DNA from: an uncultured delta proteobacterium
GTDB lineage: Bacteria; Myxococcota; B64-G9
Direction of reading: 5' to 3'
Length of the DNA stretch: 64,000 nucleotides
Assembly: GCA_963754925.1 (NCBI GenBank)
Contig: CAVWHX010000009.1
Location: 106,526-170,525, forward strand
Shown: positions 35,413 through 46,167 of the stretch, one piece after another
Layout: each line of letters starts with the position of its first letter
Position numbering within the stretch: position 1 is the stretch's first letter
Notes under the pieces: generated by a model
Databases searched by the model: none
Seen by the model: only the letters and a program-made list of their open reading frames with translations
Told to the model about the DNA's origin: nothing
Translations under genes and position numbers: made by a program

Positions 35413-35565
35413 TGCATCGTAAGATTCTGGGTGCGTAGGGTTTTCCTCGATTTAATTATTATTACGTTAATAACAAAATAGAAGGATACCAGTGGGAAAA
35501 TTTAGATGCAATAGTAATTTTGAGAAGCGAACACAACCGCCCGGCCGGGACACTTCGTCAGATTT

Positions 35566-36873
35566 CTATCTTCCCTGCTTGCGCAGCGTTGCTACGGAAA
35601 ACATTTCGGGATCCAAACCAATGTTGACGCGAGCCTTATAGACGTGGAAAACGGTCGCGTGTTCGGATTGAACATCGATCACAACCGTGCCGGTCCAACC
35701 GAGAAATTGTTTGCCAGTTTTCTCATTGATCTGAAATCCTCCGCTGTTGATCATAACCTTCCAGAGGAAGCCTTTCCGGTCATAGGATTCTTTGTACAGG
35801 ACATGGAACGACTCTGCATCGACGTAGAGGTACTGTTTACTGTACGGGTAGTCCGGCAACTTTGGGGTGACTTCCAGCACGTATACGGGCCGCGGCTCGT
35901 ACGCGTATTGCGGATTCCAATGGGGTGGGTTTTCGAAATCATAGGTGGTTTGGGCCGTGTTCTTTCCGAGTTTAACCCCCGAATGCATGGGCAACAGGAC
36001 GGTTTTTTTACCCAACAGTTTCCAGTCCATCCACTCGGGATAGCCGGAATATCCCCTGACGTCTTCGTAATACAAATCGGTCGAATTCCAGGTGTCGCCC
36101 CGGGTGCCAAAGGAGTTTCTTAAAATCCGCCGCATGGAAGGCACATAGATATGGCCTTGGCCGTCTTTCGGCTCGACATCCTGAAAGTAAACGGCGCCGA
36201 AGCCCTTTTTATCGTAGGGGGCGAGCGCATAGGTGAGACCGGCTCCCTGCCTCCCGATTTTTTTGAAGGATTCAATATCGGGAATGGGTTCGATATCCGT
36301 ACGACCCGTGCCGCGAATCGACGACAGCCGCCAGTCCTCGGAATGTTCAACGCCGTTGTTGGCAGATACCCAATAAACACCGTAGACGACCTCGCCGTCG
36401 TCGGCTCCATACGCGTAGTGAAAATTCCAGGCCACCTCCAAACCGGTCTTCGGCTGCGGAAAGGGAAGGCCTCCAGTGTACCCTGATATTCCCCGCTTAT
36501 CGTAGACCTTGCCAAGCTCGACGATCGTTGCCTGGCCGAGATATTTGTTCGTGGCCCGGATATAGCCGTCAGAGGGACGAACCGTTTCGTATGCGGTCAG
36601 GCGCAGTTTCAGATTGTATTTCGTGATAAGCAGTTGCAGAGCGTCCGGGAGAATCGCCTTGAAGTCTTGGAGATTACTTTTGTCGACCGTTGGGCCCGGC
36701 TTAATCTGGACCAACGAGAGATCAGGTTTAAAGGACACCCGCTCGGTCCAGTTTTCAGAGGTTATCTCTGTTTCGCCGGCGCTTGTCAGACCCGGGATAA
36801 GGATTAACCACGCAATAGCAGCGGCGGCCCAGAAGATAGAAAACGGATCTCGCCTCCGGCTTGTCGTTTTCAT
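35566..36873 (-). CDS. DUF1329-type exported protein
   Basis: Signal peptide; GLPFPQPKTGLEVAWNF, YVPSMRR, YPYSKQYLYVD, YDRKGFLWK. Confidence 0.85.
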   Translation of the reverse strand: MKTTSRRRDPFSIFWAAAAIAWLILIPGLTSAGETEITSENWTERVSFKPDLSLVQIKPGPTVDKSNLQDFKAILPDALQLLITKYNLKLRLTAYETVRPSDGYIRATNKYLGQATIVELGKVYDKRGISGYTGGLPFPQPKTGLEVAWNFHYAYGADDGEVVYGVYWVSANNGVEHSEDWRLSSIRGTGRTDIEPIPDIESFKKIGRQGAGLTYALAPYDKKGFGAVYFQDVEPKDGQGHIYVPSMRRILRNSFGTRGDTWNSTDLYYEDVRGYSGYPEWMDWKLLGKKTVLLPMHSGVKLGKNTAQTTYDFENPPHWNPQYAYEPRPVYVLEVTPKLPDYPYSKQYLYVDAESFHVLYKESYDRKGFLWKVMINSGGFQINEKTGKQFLGWTGTVVIDVQSEHATVFHVYKARVNIGLDPEMFSVATLRKQGR

Positions 36874-36932
36874 AGCACCGTACGATAGTGCATCGATTTC
36901 CCAAAGAAAATCAAAATTTGCTTCTGAGTGAG

Positions 36933-38357
36933 TTAGCAGTACACGTCCCGCTTGCCCTCCCGAACTTCGCCCATCAACTTCTCAGAAATCGATTTGGCGC
37001 GCGGGTCCAGGTGCTCAAGCTTGTCGCGGATGAGCTTCTCCCCGACATCCCGGGTCGCCTTTGAAGCGTAGTCGAGGAGGTATTCCAAAAAGGTGGACAA
37101 AGCATTCGGATCGCAGTGCAGCTTGATCTCCCCGGGTTTGGCCAGGTCCATAAAATCTTGACCGGTGCGTCCGAGCCGATAACAGGCGGTGCAGAACGAT
37201 GGGATATACCCCAGCGAGGCGACATCGCGGATGACCTCGTCCAGGGGTCGATGATCGCCCAATGAAAATTGCCCGCCCGAACCGACTTCCTCGCCCTCAA
37301 CATAACCGCCCGGGTTGGTGCGCGAGCCGGCCGAGATCTGCGAGACGCCCAAGGCAAACGTCTCCCGTCGAATGGTTGCGTTCTCGCGGGTGGACATGAT
37401 GATCCCGGTATACGGCACCGCCAAGCGCAACAACGCGACGATTTTACGGAAGTCTATATCAGAGACCGGATAGGGCGGTTGCGTGGCTATTGCCGAGCCG
37501 CTGGCGGGCTCGAGCCGCGGCACGCTGATGGTGTGCGGGCCCACGCCAAAACGCTCTTCCAGGTGACGGATGTGCTGAAGCATGGCCAGGATCTCGAAAC
37601 GCCAGTCAAAGAGGCCAAACAGCACCCCGATGCCGACATCGTCGATGCCGGCCTGCATCGCGCGGTCCATGGCGGTTATGCGCCAGTCGTAATTCTTCTT
37701 TTTCCCGGCCAGGTGCATCTGCGCATACGTCTCGCGGTGATAGGTTTCCTGAAAGAGCTGGTAGGTTCCGATGCCGGCCTGCTTCAGCTGTTGGAACTCC
37801 TGGAGCGTCAACGGGGCAACGTTGGCGTTGACCCGGCGGATTTCGCCCCGACCGTTCTTGGTCGCATAAATGGTGGCGATCGACTTGAGGATGTACGGAA
37901 ACCCCTCGCGAGGGTACGACTCGCCGGCGACTAAAAGAATGCGCTTGTGCCCTTGGTCGACGAGGCATGTTACTTCCCTGCCGATCTCCTCCTGATTCAA
38001 TGCTCTCCGGACGATAGCCGCGTTTCGAGCGCGGAAAGCACAATAGAGGCATTCGTTGGCGCACATGTTCGAGATGTACAGCGGTGCGAAAAGCACCAAA
38101 CGTTTGCCGTAGATCTCCTCCTTGACTGCTCGAGCGGTGGCAAAGAGCTCCCCCAAAAGCTCGGGGTCGCTGATACCCATGAGCGGCGCCAGCTCCCCGG
38201 GAGCCAGGCCCTTGGCTTGACGCGCCTTGGCCAGGATTTCGCGCACCCGAGCCGCGTCGGGGCGCCTGGCTTGTGTGAGTGTTGCCTGGATAGCCCCCTC
38301 GTCGATTGGTATCGTCGAAGGCGCGGCGTTGATTGCTTTGGTCGCGGGAATGTTCAT
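36933..38357 (-). CDS. hydG: [FeFe]-hydrogenase H-cluster radical SAM maturase HydG
   Basis: FAPLYISNMCANECLYC, LFQETYH, GPHTISVPR, PSFCTACYR...C. Confidence 0.97.
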   Translation of the reverse strand: MNIPATKAINAAPSTIPIDEGAIQATLTQARRPDAARVREILAKARQAKGLAPGELAPLMGISDPELLGELFATARAVKEEIYGKRLVLFAPLYISNMCANECLYCAFRARNAAIVRRALNQEEIGREVTCLVDQGHKRILLVAGESYPREGFPYILKSIATIYATKNGRGEIRRVNANVAPLTLQEFQQLKQAGIGTYQLFQETYHRETYAQMHLAGKKKNYDWRITAMDRAMQAGIDDVGIGVLFGLFDWRFEILAMLQHIRHLEERFGVGPHTISVPRLEPASGSAIATQPPYPVSDIDFRKIVALLRLAVPYTGIIMSTRENATIRRETFALGVSQISAGSRTNPGGYVEGEEVGSGGQFSLGDHRPLDEVIRDVASLGYIPSFCTACYRLGRTGQDFMDLAKPGEIKLHCDPNALSTFLEYLLDYASKATRDVGEKLIRDKLEHLDPRAKSISEKLMGEVREGKRDVYC

Positions 38358-39634
38358 GCTTCAACTCCTGGTTGGTTTTGGTGTTTTGCAGAATCGAGCC
38401 GCCCCGAGAGCTCCCTCACGATTTCAAGCGCGGCGGGAAACGGCTGGAGCGCGCGCTCGAAGATGCCGAGACTATATGCAATGGTTAAACCGTAGTTGGA
38501 AATGGGCACGCCGGCCTTGCGGCAGGCGAGGATACGGGAGAGCATCTCGCGGCGGTTCCCCATGCAGGCCCCGCAGTGGATCACTAGCGCAAAAGGGCTG
38601 AGGTCGGCCGGAAAGTCATGGCCCTGGACCGTCGTGAACTCGATCTTGCCGCCCACCAACTGGGTCAGCCAGCGCGGGATCTTCACCCGACCGATGTCCT
38701 CGCCGATCGGATGATGCGAACAGGCCTCGGCGACGAGCACGCGATCCCCCGGCTTGAGCTGCGGGATGGCCAGCGTCCCGCGCACCAGTTCGTTGAGATC
38801 GCCCTTGAAACGGGCAAACAAAATCGAAAACGAAGTCATTGGGATGGTTGCCGGCGTGTCTCCCGCCACTTTGAGAAACGCTTGCGAATCGGTAACCACG
38901 AGCGCCGGCGGATGGTTCAACCGGCCCAGCGCCTGACGCAGTTCGCGTTCTTTGACCACCAAGCAGCACGCGTCGTGATCCAGCAGGTCGCGGATGGACT
39001 GAACCTGGGGGAGAATCAGTCGCCCTTTGGGGGCCTCCTTGTCGATGGGAACGACCAGGACCGCCAACTCTCCGGGCGAAACGAGATCCGAGAGGATGGT
39101 CGGCGCATTGATGAACTCTTCGGGCGCGCTGCGAATAAGCGCTTCGCGCAGCTGCAGTATCCCCTCGCCGGTGGATGCGGTCGTCTCCACCACCCGCACC
39201 TGCCGCGCCGCAAGCCGAGAGACGAGGGCGCTGCCGGGTTGCGCCTGATCGATCTTATTAAAAACAACGATCACCGGCATGCCGCGGGCTTCGAGTTCCC
39301 GGAGCAGCTGTTCTTCAAAGTCTCCAAAACTCCCCTCGCTCGCCACCAGCAGAGCCACGTCGGTTCGTTCGATAACGTTTCTCGTTCGTTCAACCCGCAG
39401 TTCGCCGAGCGCCCCGGTGTCATCGATCCCGGCAGTGTCGATGAACAGCACCGGGCCGAGCGGCAGCAACTCCATGGGTTTTTCCACCGGGTCGGTGGTG
39501 GTTCCCGCCACGTCCGAGACGATCGAGACCTGCTGGCGGGTCAACGCGTTCAGCAGCGACGACTTGCCGACGTTGCGACGGCCGAAAATGCCTATGTGCA
39601 GGCGCAGGCCCTTGGGTGCCCCTGCCGGGTTCAT
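38354..39634 (-). CDS. hydF: [FeFe]-hydrogenase maturation GTPase HydF
   Basis: GRRNVGKSS, DTAG, NKID, APKGRLILPQVQ, EACSHH, HCGAC; ATGA overlap with the aspA stop. Confidence 0.97.
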   Translation of the reverse strand: MNPAGAPKGLRLHIGIFGRRNVGKSSLLNALTRQQVSIVSDVAGTTTDPVEKPMELLPLGPVLFIDTAGIDDTGALGELRVERTRNVIERTDVALLVASEGSFGDFEEQLLRELEARGMPVIVVFNKIDQAQPGSALVSRLAARQVRVVETTASTGEGILQLREALIRSAPEEFINAPTILSDLVSPGELAVLVVPIDKEAPKGRLILPQVQSIRDLLDHDACCLVVKERELRQALGRLNHPPALVVTDSQAFLKVAGDTPATIPMTSFSILFARFKGDLNELVRGTLAIPQLKPGDRVLVAEACSHHPIGEDIGRVKIPRWLTQLVGGKIEFTTVQGHDFPADLSPFALVIHCGACMGNRREMLSRILACRKAGVPISNYGLTIAYSLGIFERALQPFPAALEIVRELSGRLDSAKHQNQPGVEA

Positions 39635-41043
39635 GAATCCTCCGGGTGCAACGGCGTTCCCAGCTGGTTGACATGCTCGGGAGAAATACAATGGTCAAAC
39701 TGCTCCGGACTCAAAAGCCCTCGATCCAGTACCAATTGTCGTAGACTCACCCCTGCCCGCAGCGCTTCGGCCGCGAGCGCTTCCACCTGTTCGTGACTCA
39801 GCATTTCCGCAAGCGCGGTAAGGCTGGCGGTGGCGTTGTGCACCTGACGGCGACAGTGCGCTTCGTCGGCTGCAATCCCGTCAACGCAGTGGTCTCGGAG
39901 AATCGCGCAGGCCTGGCTGAGCAAGGCGAGCGAACCCAGTAATGCTTCGGCGATTAACGGTAGAAACGGATTGAGCTCGAGCGAACCGAGGCTGGCCGCC
40001 TGAGCGATGGCCTGATCGTTGGCGCATACCATCACGGCGGCCTGGGTGACCGCCTCGGGAATAACCGGATTGACTTTTCCCGGCATAATCGATGAGCCGG
40101 CCTGGCGCGGCGGCAAGCGCAGCTCGCCGAAGCCCGCGTCCGGACCGGAGGAAAGCAGGCGCAGGTCCCCACAAATCTTGAGTAAGTTGGTGGCGCAAGC
40201 CTTGAGGATCCCGCTTACCTCCACGAATACATCGGCGTTCTGCGTCGCCTCAACCAAGTTCTCGGCCCGCGCCAAACCGAAGCCGGATAGGTCTCGTAGC
40301 ACATCAACCACCCGAAAAATAAACGCCCGGGGGGCCAGAATTCCGGTGCCGATCGCCGTGCCGCCCAGGTTGACCACCCGCAAGCGCTCCTCGCACTTGG
40401 CAATCCGCCAGCGATCGCGGTTGCAGGCTTCGGCATAAGCCCCCATCTCCCGCCCGAGCGTGGTGAGCACGGCGTCCTGCAGTTCGGTGCGGCCCACTTT
40501 GACGACGTGCGCAAATTGCTGCTCCTTGCGTTGAAAGGCTTCCTGCAGGCCGAGCACCGCGGCCTCCAGGGTGCGAAGCTCGGCCAAAGCGGCGACGCGC
40601 AGGGCGGTCGGAAAGGTGTCGTTGGTCGATTGATGCCGATTGACATCGTCGATCGGGTGGATGACGGTATACTCGCCGAGAGGTCGATCGAGCAGCTGCA
40701 GGGCCCGATTGGCCAACACCTCGTTGACGTTCATGTTGAGCGATGTGCCGGCTCCGCCCTGCAACGCATCCACCACCACGTGCGGGTCAAGCAGACCGGC
40801 GGCCATCTCGCCGCACGCGGCGTCGAGGGCGGTGGCCAACCGTTCATCCAAGAAGCCGAGCTCGGCGTTGACTCGCAAGCAGGCTCGTTTGACCAACCCA
40901 TAGGCGTGGATCAAAGCCGGCCGCACCGGCCGACCGGAAAGCGGGAAATTCTCGAGGGCGCGCAGGGTGTGGATCCCCCACAGCGCCTCGACCGGCACCT
41001 CGCGCACCCCCAGCAGATCGCGTTCGTGTCGGAACCCGTTCAT
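39631..41043 (-). CDS. aspA: Aspartate ammonia-lyase
   Basis: QGGAGTSLNMNVNEV, QSTNDTFPT, GRTELQDA, GSSIMPGKVNP. Confidence 0.92.
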   Translation of the reverse strand: MNGFRHERDLLGVREVPVEALWGIHTLRALENFPLSGRPVRPALIHAYGLVKRACLRVNAELGFLDERLATALDAACGEMAAGLLDPHVVVDALQGGAGTSLNMNVNEVLANRALQLLDRPLGEYTVIHPIDDVNRHQSTNDTFPTALRVAALAELRTLEAAVLGLQEAFQRKEQQFAHVVKVGRTELQDAVLTTLGREMGAYAEACNRDRWRIAKCEERLRVVNLGGTAIGTGILAPRAFIFRVVDVLRDLSGFGLARAENLVEATQNADVFVEVSGILKACATNLLKICGDLRLLSSGPDAGFGELRLPPRQAGSSIMPGKVNPVIPEAVTQAAVMVCANDQAIAQAASLGSLELNPFLPLIAEALLGSLALLSQACAILRDHCVDGIAADEAHCRRQVHNATASLTALAEMLSHEQVEALAAEALRAGVSLRQLVLDRGLLSPEQFDHCISPEHVNQLGTPLHPEDS

Positions 41044-42095
41044 GCGCGCCTCGTATACCGTTTAGAAGTTCCCGGACCGTCGCCTATCCGTCTGCCGATC
41101 GAAGCGATCCGCCGTCGCAGGCTTTCGTGGCTTTGCTCCGCGGTTTCGTAGATGCACGCCTTGGCGGGGTATATCTCGTAACGCACCCGGTATCGCAATG
41201 GGGTGACGTTGGGCATGACGACATTGGCGCCCCGCATGAGCGCAAGCTCGCGCCCGGTGGTACGGTTGAGCGTGGCCAGCGCGGTGGTGCTCGGTATATT
41301 AGCCTCCGGACAGATAACGCGCGTCAGCGCCACCACCTTGTACGTCATCAGCTCGGAATTAGGCGCTTGATCGGCGCACGTCGATAGGCGAGCGTCCGGG
41401 TCAGTGGCGAGCGGCGTTTGGGGGTGCGGAATAAAGGGACCGACGCCGATCATATCGAGATCGAGCCGTCGAAAAAGCTCCAGGTCATTTGCCAGATCGA
41501 GGTGACTCTGGCCCGGAATGCCGATCATCACCCCGCTGCCCACCTCGTACCCTATCTCGTGCAGGGTGCGCAGCAGTTCGATGCGGTCTGCCTCGGGATG
41601 CTCCGCTCGGGGCGGGTGGATCCGTCGGTACAGTGCCGGGTTGGACGTCTCAAAACGCAGCAGGTATCGGTCGGCGCCCGCGTCCCGCCACGCGCGGAAA
41701 TCTTCATCGCTCCGCTCACCAAGGCTCAGCGTAACCGCAAGAGGCGTCGTTTGCTTGATGCGGCGGATGATATCCACTATCACGTCTTTCGAGAGGCCCG
41801 GATCCTCGCCGGATTGCAGCACGACCGTTCCGTAGCCGTATCGCACCGCCTCCCGCGCGCACGAAAGAATCTCGTCCGCGGTCATCCGATAACGGGTGAG
41901 CGCGCGATTGCCCGCGCGCAGGCCGCAGTATGCGCATTGGCGGACGCAGTGGTTAGATATCTCGATCAGACCGCGCAGGTGCACGTCGTCGCCAACCGCA
42001 GCACGACGTACGGCGTCGGCGGTGCTCCATAACTTTGAAAGCTGCCGCTGATTTTCTTCGCGCAACCAGGTTACAATTTCGTCGTACGCAAGCAT
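41040..42095 (-). CDS. hydE: [FeFe]-hydrogenase H-cluster radical SAM maturase HydE
   Basis: LRGLIEISNHCVRQCAYC, LQSGED, RYLLRFET, GANVVMPN, YEIYPAK. Confidence 0.97.
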   Translation of the reverse strand: MLAYDEIVTWLREENQRQLSKLWSTADAVRRAAVGDDVHLRGLIEISNHCVRQCAYCGLRAGNRALTRYRMTADEILSCAREAVRYGYGTVVLQSGEDPGLSKDVIVDIIRRIKQTTPLAVTLSLGERSDEDFRAWRDAGADRYLLRFETSNPALYRRIHPPRAEHPEADRIELLRTLHEIGYEVGSGVMIGIPGQSHLDLANDLELFRRLDLDMIGVGPFIPHPQTPLATDPDARLSTCADQAPNSELMTYKVVALTRVICPEANIPSTTALATLNRTTGRELALMRGANVVMPNVTPLRYRVRYEIYPAKACIYETAEQSHESLRRRIASIGRRIGDGPGTSKRYTRRA

Positions 42096-42129
42096 GGTGG
42101 ATATCGCTAACGCGCTGTCTGAGCGTCTA

Positions 42130-43602
42130 CTACTCCGTCATCGGCAGGCAGACCACAAACTCGCTGCCCTTGCCCGAGGCGGTTTGCACCGACACCGTGC
42201 CTTGGTGCAGGCCGACCAAACGCTTGACCAGGCTGAGTCCGAGTCCGGTTCCCGGAACCTGTGCGGTGTATTTATTCTTTGCCCGGAAGAACTCTTCGAA
42301 CAGTTTTTCCTTGTCCTGCGGCGAGAGGCCGATGCCATCATCTTTGACCGCCACCTTGACGTACAACCCATCGCCTGCCAGACTGACCTGCACGTGGCCG
42401 TTCTCGGGGGTATACTTGACGGCGTTGTCGAGGAGGTTGTTGAAGACGCTCCGCATTGCCTCTCGGTCAGCCAACACCGGTGGAATGTTCGTATCGGCCT
42501 GATAACTCATCTCGATGTGTTTGGCGGTCGCACGCTCGCGATAACATTCAACAGTTTCATCGAGAACCTCGTGCAGATCCAAGCGAGAGCGCTTGATGGC
42601 AAAGTTGCCGGTCTGCAACGACATAAGATTGATCAGCTCGGTAACCATCGTGCGCAGCGTTTTAGCGCGGACGACGCAACGGTTGAGCATCTGGCGATCC
42701 CGCTGCGGGTCGTTTCCGGCCGCGCCGCTGAGAATCACATCCAAGTACCCTTCGATCGCCGCCAGCGGACTCTTGATTTCATGAGCCACCATGGTGACGA
42801 ACATCGACTTGGCCACCGAGAGTTTCTTTAAAGCCGTGATATCTCTCAGCACGGCAACCGCGCCGGAAACTTCGCCGGTGGGCTCGAGCACCGGGCTGGC
42901 GTTTACCATGTAGGTACAGCCGTTCAAACCAATCTCGCGGATGGCTATGGATGGGCCGCTCTCTGAGCACAAGGTCTCGTCGACCAGACCGCATAACTCA
43001 TCGCAGCACAAATTAATCAAGGGCGCCGGCAACGGCACACTGGCGGCCTCCGGCAACGCCCGCGAGGCCGCGGCGTTGCGCAGCACTATCTGCCGATCAC
43101 GGTTGACCACCAGCACCGCATCGGTCATACAGTTGATGATAGTGCTCGATTTCGAGCGCTCCACCGCAAGCTCAAGCAGACGTCGCTCACGCTCGAGCCG
43201 CAACCGTTTCGCCTCCAACGACAATGAACGCTTCTCCAGACCGTTTTTGACCGGCAACAGCAGCTCGTCCGGCGTGAACGGTTTGGGGATGTAGCTGTAG
43301 GCTCCGCGCTTGGTGGCTTCGACCGCGGTGCCGATGGTGGCGTACGCGGTGATGACGAATAACACGATATCCTCATCCAGCTTGCGAATGGCCTCGATGA
43401 GCTCGATCCCGCCCATGCGCGGCATCTTCATGTCGACAATGGCGGCGACAAAGTTGCGTTGTTTCTGGAAGGTCTCGAACCCCGCCAGGCCGTCCGGCGC
43501 GACCTCCACCTCGAATCCTTCGGAGGTGAGGATTTTGCGACAGCCTTCCCGCATTCCCAATTCGTCATCCACAACCAGTATTCTATTAAGCTCGGTGCTC
43601 AT
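42130..43602 (-). CDS. Receiver-PAS-histidine kinase hybrid
   Basis: VVDDE, DMKMP, IPKPF; PAS; VAHEIKSPL, NLLDNAVKY, DDGIG, GTGLGL. Confidence 0.93.
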   Translation of the reverse strand: MSTELNRILVVDDELGMREGCRKILTSEGFEVEVAPDGLAGFETFQKQRNFVAAIVDMKMPRMGGIELIEAIRKLDEDIVLFVITAYATIGTAVEATKRGAYSYIPKPFTPDELLLPVKNGLEKRSLSLEAKRLRLERERRLLELAVERSKSSTIINCMTDAVLVVNRDRQIVLRNAAASRALPEAASVPLPAPLINLCCDELCGLVDETLCSESGPSIAIREIGLNGCTYMVNASPVLEPTGEVSGAVAVLRDITALKKLSVAKSMFVTMVAHEIKSPLAAIEGYLDVILSGAAGNDPQRDRQMLNRCVVRAKTLRTMVTELINLMSLQTGNFAIKRSRLDLHEVLDETVECYRERATAKHIEMSYQADTNIPPVLADREAMRSVFNNLLDNAVKYTPENGHVQVSLAGDGLYVKVAVKDDGIGLSPQDKEKLFEEFFRAKNKYTAQVPGTGLGLSLVKRLVGLHQGTVSVQTASGKGSEFVVCLPMTE

Positions 43603-44027
43603 GTATCTTTTCTCCCGGCCGAACGCTGCAATAACTCGGCGACCTTCGCCAGCAGGGCTGGGCTCGAAAGCGGCTTTTCGAAATACGCATCAGCGCCGAG
43701 AGCGGCCAGTTCCTGTTCAGAATGCGGGTTGAACGACATGCCGCGTTCGCTCGATATGGCGGTCACCAAAATTACCGGTATCCCTCGAAAACGCCCATCC
43801 GTCTTGAGCTGTCGGGAAAAAGAGAATCCCGCGTCAAGCTCCTGCATCATCAGGTCGGTTATAATCAAGTCGGGGTGTTCCCGCTCAAGCTCTGCCAGGG
43901 CCTCGCCCGGACTCGGGAACGTATGCACGCGATAGCCATGTGATTCGAGGATTCGTTGGTGAATATCGACGAAGTCGGGGTCGTCATCCACCAAAAATAT
44001 GAGCGGTGCTGGTCGGTTCACGGTCAT
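43599..44027 (-). CDS. Single-domain response regulator
   Basis: LVDDD, DLMM, FEKP; no output domain. Confidence 0.92.
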   Translation of the reverse strand: MTVNRPAPLIFLVDDDPDFVDIHQRILESHGYRVHTFPSPGEALAELEREHPDLIITDLMMQELDAGFSFSRQLKTDGRFRGIPVILVTAISSERGMSFNPHSEQELAALGADAYFEKPLSSPALLAKVAELLQRSAGRKDT

Positions 44028-44063
44028 AACGGTTACCTTTCTGCCACCTCTGCTCCGCCTGCT

Positions 44064-46106
44064 TTATGACGCCTGGCTCTCCACGGAAAAGGCGCTGCTT
44101 ACCTCAACCGGCAAGGTAATAGTGAACGTGGTCCCCTTGCCGAGCTCGCTTTCTGCGGAAATGTTGCCCATGTGCATCTTGACTACGCCATAGGCGATCG
44201 CCAGCCCCAGTCCCGTGCCTTTGGTGGGCGCCTTGGTGGTGAAGAAGGGCGTGAACAACTTCGGCATGTTCTCCGGTGGAATCCCGCAACCGTCGTCACT
44301 CACCTGGATATGCACGGTCTGCGCACTCTGATCATACCGGGTGGTTACCGTGACCGTACCCCGCTCACCGCACGCATCGACGCCGTTGGATACCAGATTG
44401 ATGAGCAGTTGCTTGATTTGGGCGGCATCCAGCATTAAATCGGGCAGATCGTTCGGCGCGTCGATAATGAACCTCACGCCGCTGTTGGCGACACGCGAAT
44501 TCATGATGGCTCGTATATCGTTGAGCAGCGCGATGATGTTGGTTGCGACCCGATTGACCTGCGACTGCCGTGCAAAATCGAGAAGCCCGCGCACAATGGT
44601 TTTGCAGCGGGTGGCTTCGGATACGATCATTTCGAGATCGGCCCGGCGCTGATCACCCTCGGGCAATTGCTTCAACATCATGTGGGAATAGATGAGCACG
44701 GTTCCGAGGGGGTTATTGATCTCGTGCGCCACTCCCGCCGAAAGCTGGCCCATCGAAGCCAGACGTTCGGATTGCAGCAGGCGATCCTGAGCCGCGGCCA
44801 ATTCCAGGTGCGAGTGTTTTATCTGCTCAAAGCTATTTTCCAACTCCTCCACAACATAGGGTAAACACATTTCGGGCTCGGCGATCCCCTGACAGACGGC
44901 GATGGCCTTCTCGCGACAGGTACGGTAACCGCAGGTGCCGCAGTTGAGCTGGTCCACCGGATGCTCTTTACGCATGAGGCGCAGCGCCCACTGGATCTCC
45001 TTTTCGCTTGGTTGGGGAAGGTTGACATTGTGGTTGGAAAACGTTCGTGAAAGATCCACATCTTCGAACTCACTGAGGCTCTCGGCCAACTCTCGCTGGG
45101 TGGTATACCGGGCTTGCTCGTTGACGAATGTTGCGACGATCTCCTTCTTCGTCAGCGAGCTGAGATTATTAAATAAGACCGGTCCATTGATGCAACCTTC
45201 ACAAAAGGCAAGATCATACAGGCGCGCTTGCGCCTTTCCGGCCTCAATCTCTTTGAGCACCTCTAATACCCGATCCTTGCCCTCGGTCACCACCACATCA
45301 TTCTCAAGAATGTCCTGACTAAGCCCCGCGGACTTCAACAAACCGCCGGATAGGGGATACGAACGGGCGAGGTGGGACCGCGGACCATCAAAAAAACTTT
45401 CCTCGATGTCGGCGGGAACGATCCCGTGTTCCACGAACATCGTGGCCAATTCACGATAGGTAAGAACCCCATCCACTATTTCGGCGACTGCGGGATCCCG
45501 AAACTCATTTTTCTTGGCGATGCACGGGCCGATAAAAACGACTCGCACCTGCTTGCCGTGACGCCGTTTGATGGCCTTGGCCACCGCGATCATGGGAGAA
45601 ACAATGGGCGCCAATGCCGGAAGCAGCGACGGCATGTGCTTTTCGACATAGGCTACAATGGCGGGACAGGGGGTCGTGATGACCGCTCTGCCGGTTTTTT
45701 TAGCCTCGGCGAATACGTTGGTGTAACAACGGCTAACCAGCTCGGCGCCGAAGGCCACTTCCCATACCTCGGCAAAGCCGAGCTTGCGAATGGCGGTGAT
45801 TATCGTGCCGGGCGAGAGGGGGTGAAACGTCGCCACAAATGAAGGCGCCAAACAGGCGAACACTCGCTCTCCGTGCTGGAGCATTTCGCTGATACGCGAG
45901 GCGCAGTCGGCGATTTCCTTGGCATTGACAGCGCATACTTTCACACAGTTGCCACAGGCGATACAGCGCTCCTCTATTACCATGGCTTGGCCGATTTCGA
46001 CCTTGATGGCTTTGGCAGGGCATTCACGAACACAGGTGTAGCAGCGCCGGCATTTTTCCGGAATGGTCGATACAACGCCTTTCCCTGGTGCGAGCATGTT
46101 TTTCAC
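44064..46106 (-). CDS. Sensory [FeFe]-hydrogenase fused to a histidine kinase (group C1-like)
   Basis: 2x[4Fe-4S] ([22 protein letters not shown]); H-domain motifs TTPCPA / GPCIAKKNE / AFCEGCING; FeS domain CGTCGYRTC...[25 protein letters not shown]. Confidence 0.92.
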   Translation of the reverse strand: MKNMLAPGKGVVSTIPEKCRRCYTCVRECPAKAIKVEIGQAMVIEERCIACGNCVKVCAVNAKEIADCASRISEMLQHGERVFACLAPSFVATFHPLSPGTIITAIRKLGFAEVWEVAFGAELVSRCYTNVFAEAKKTGRAVITTPCPAIVAYVEKHMPSLLPALAPIVSPMIAVAKAIKRRHGKQVRVVFIGPCIAKKNEFRDPAVAEIVDGVLTYRELATMFVEHGIVPADIEESFFDGPRSHLARSYPLSGGLLKSAGLSQDILENDVVVTEGKDRVLEVLKEIEAGKAQARLYDLAFCEGCINGPVLFNNLSSLTKKEIVATFVNEQARYTTQRELAESLSEFEDVDLSRTFSNHNVNLPQPSEKEIQWALRLMRKEHPVDQLNCGTCGYRTCREKAIAVCQGIAEPEMCLPYVVEELENSFEQIKHSHLELAAAQDRLLQSERLASMGQLSAGVAHEINNPLGTVLIYSHMMLKQLPEGDQRRADLEMIVSEATRCKTIVRGLLDFARQSQVNRVATNIIALLNDIRAIMNSRVANSGVRFIIDAPNDLPDLMLDAAQIKQLLINLVSNGVDACGERGTVTVTTRYDQSAQTVHIQVSDDGCGIPPENMPKLFTPFFTTKAPTKGTGLGLAIAYGVVKMHMGNISAESELGKGTTFTITLPVEVSSAFSVESQAS

Positions 46107-46131
46107 CGCCCGTTTCGTAATTTGAAAACGC

Positions 46132-46160
46132 CCCGTGCCCCGGCGCTACCGGGGCACGGG
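46132..46160 (-). terminator. 12-bp GC hairpin after hydA
   Basis: CCCGTGCCCCGG-CGCTA-CCGGGGCACGGG followed by GCGTTTT on the minus strand. Confidence 0.75.
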
Positions 46161-46167
46161 TAACACC

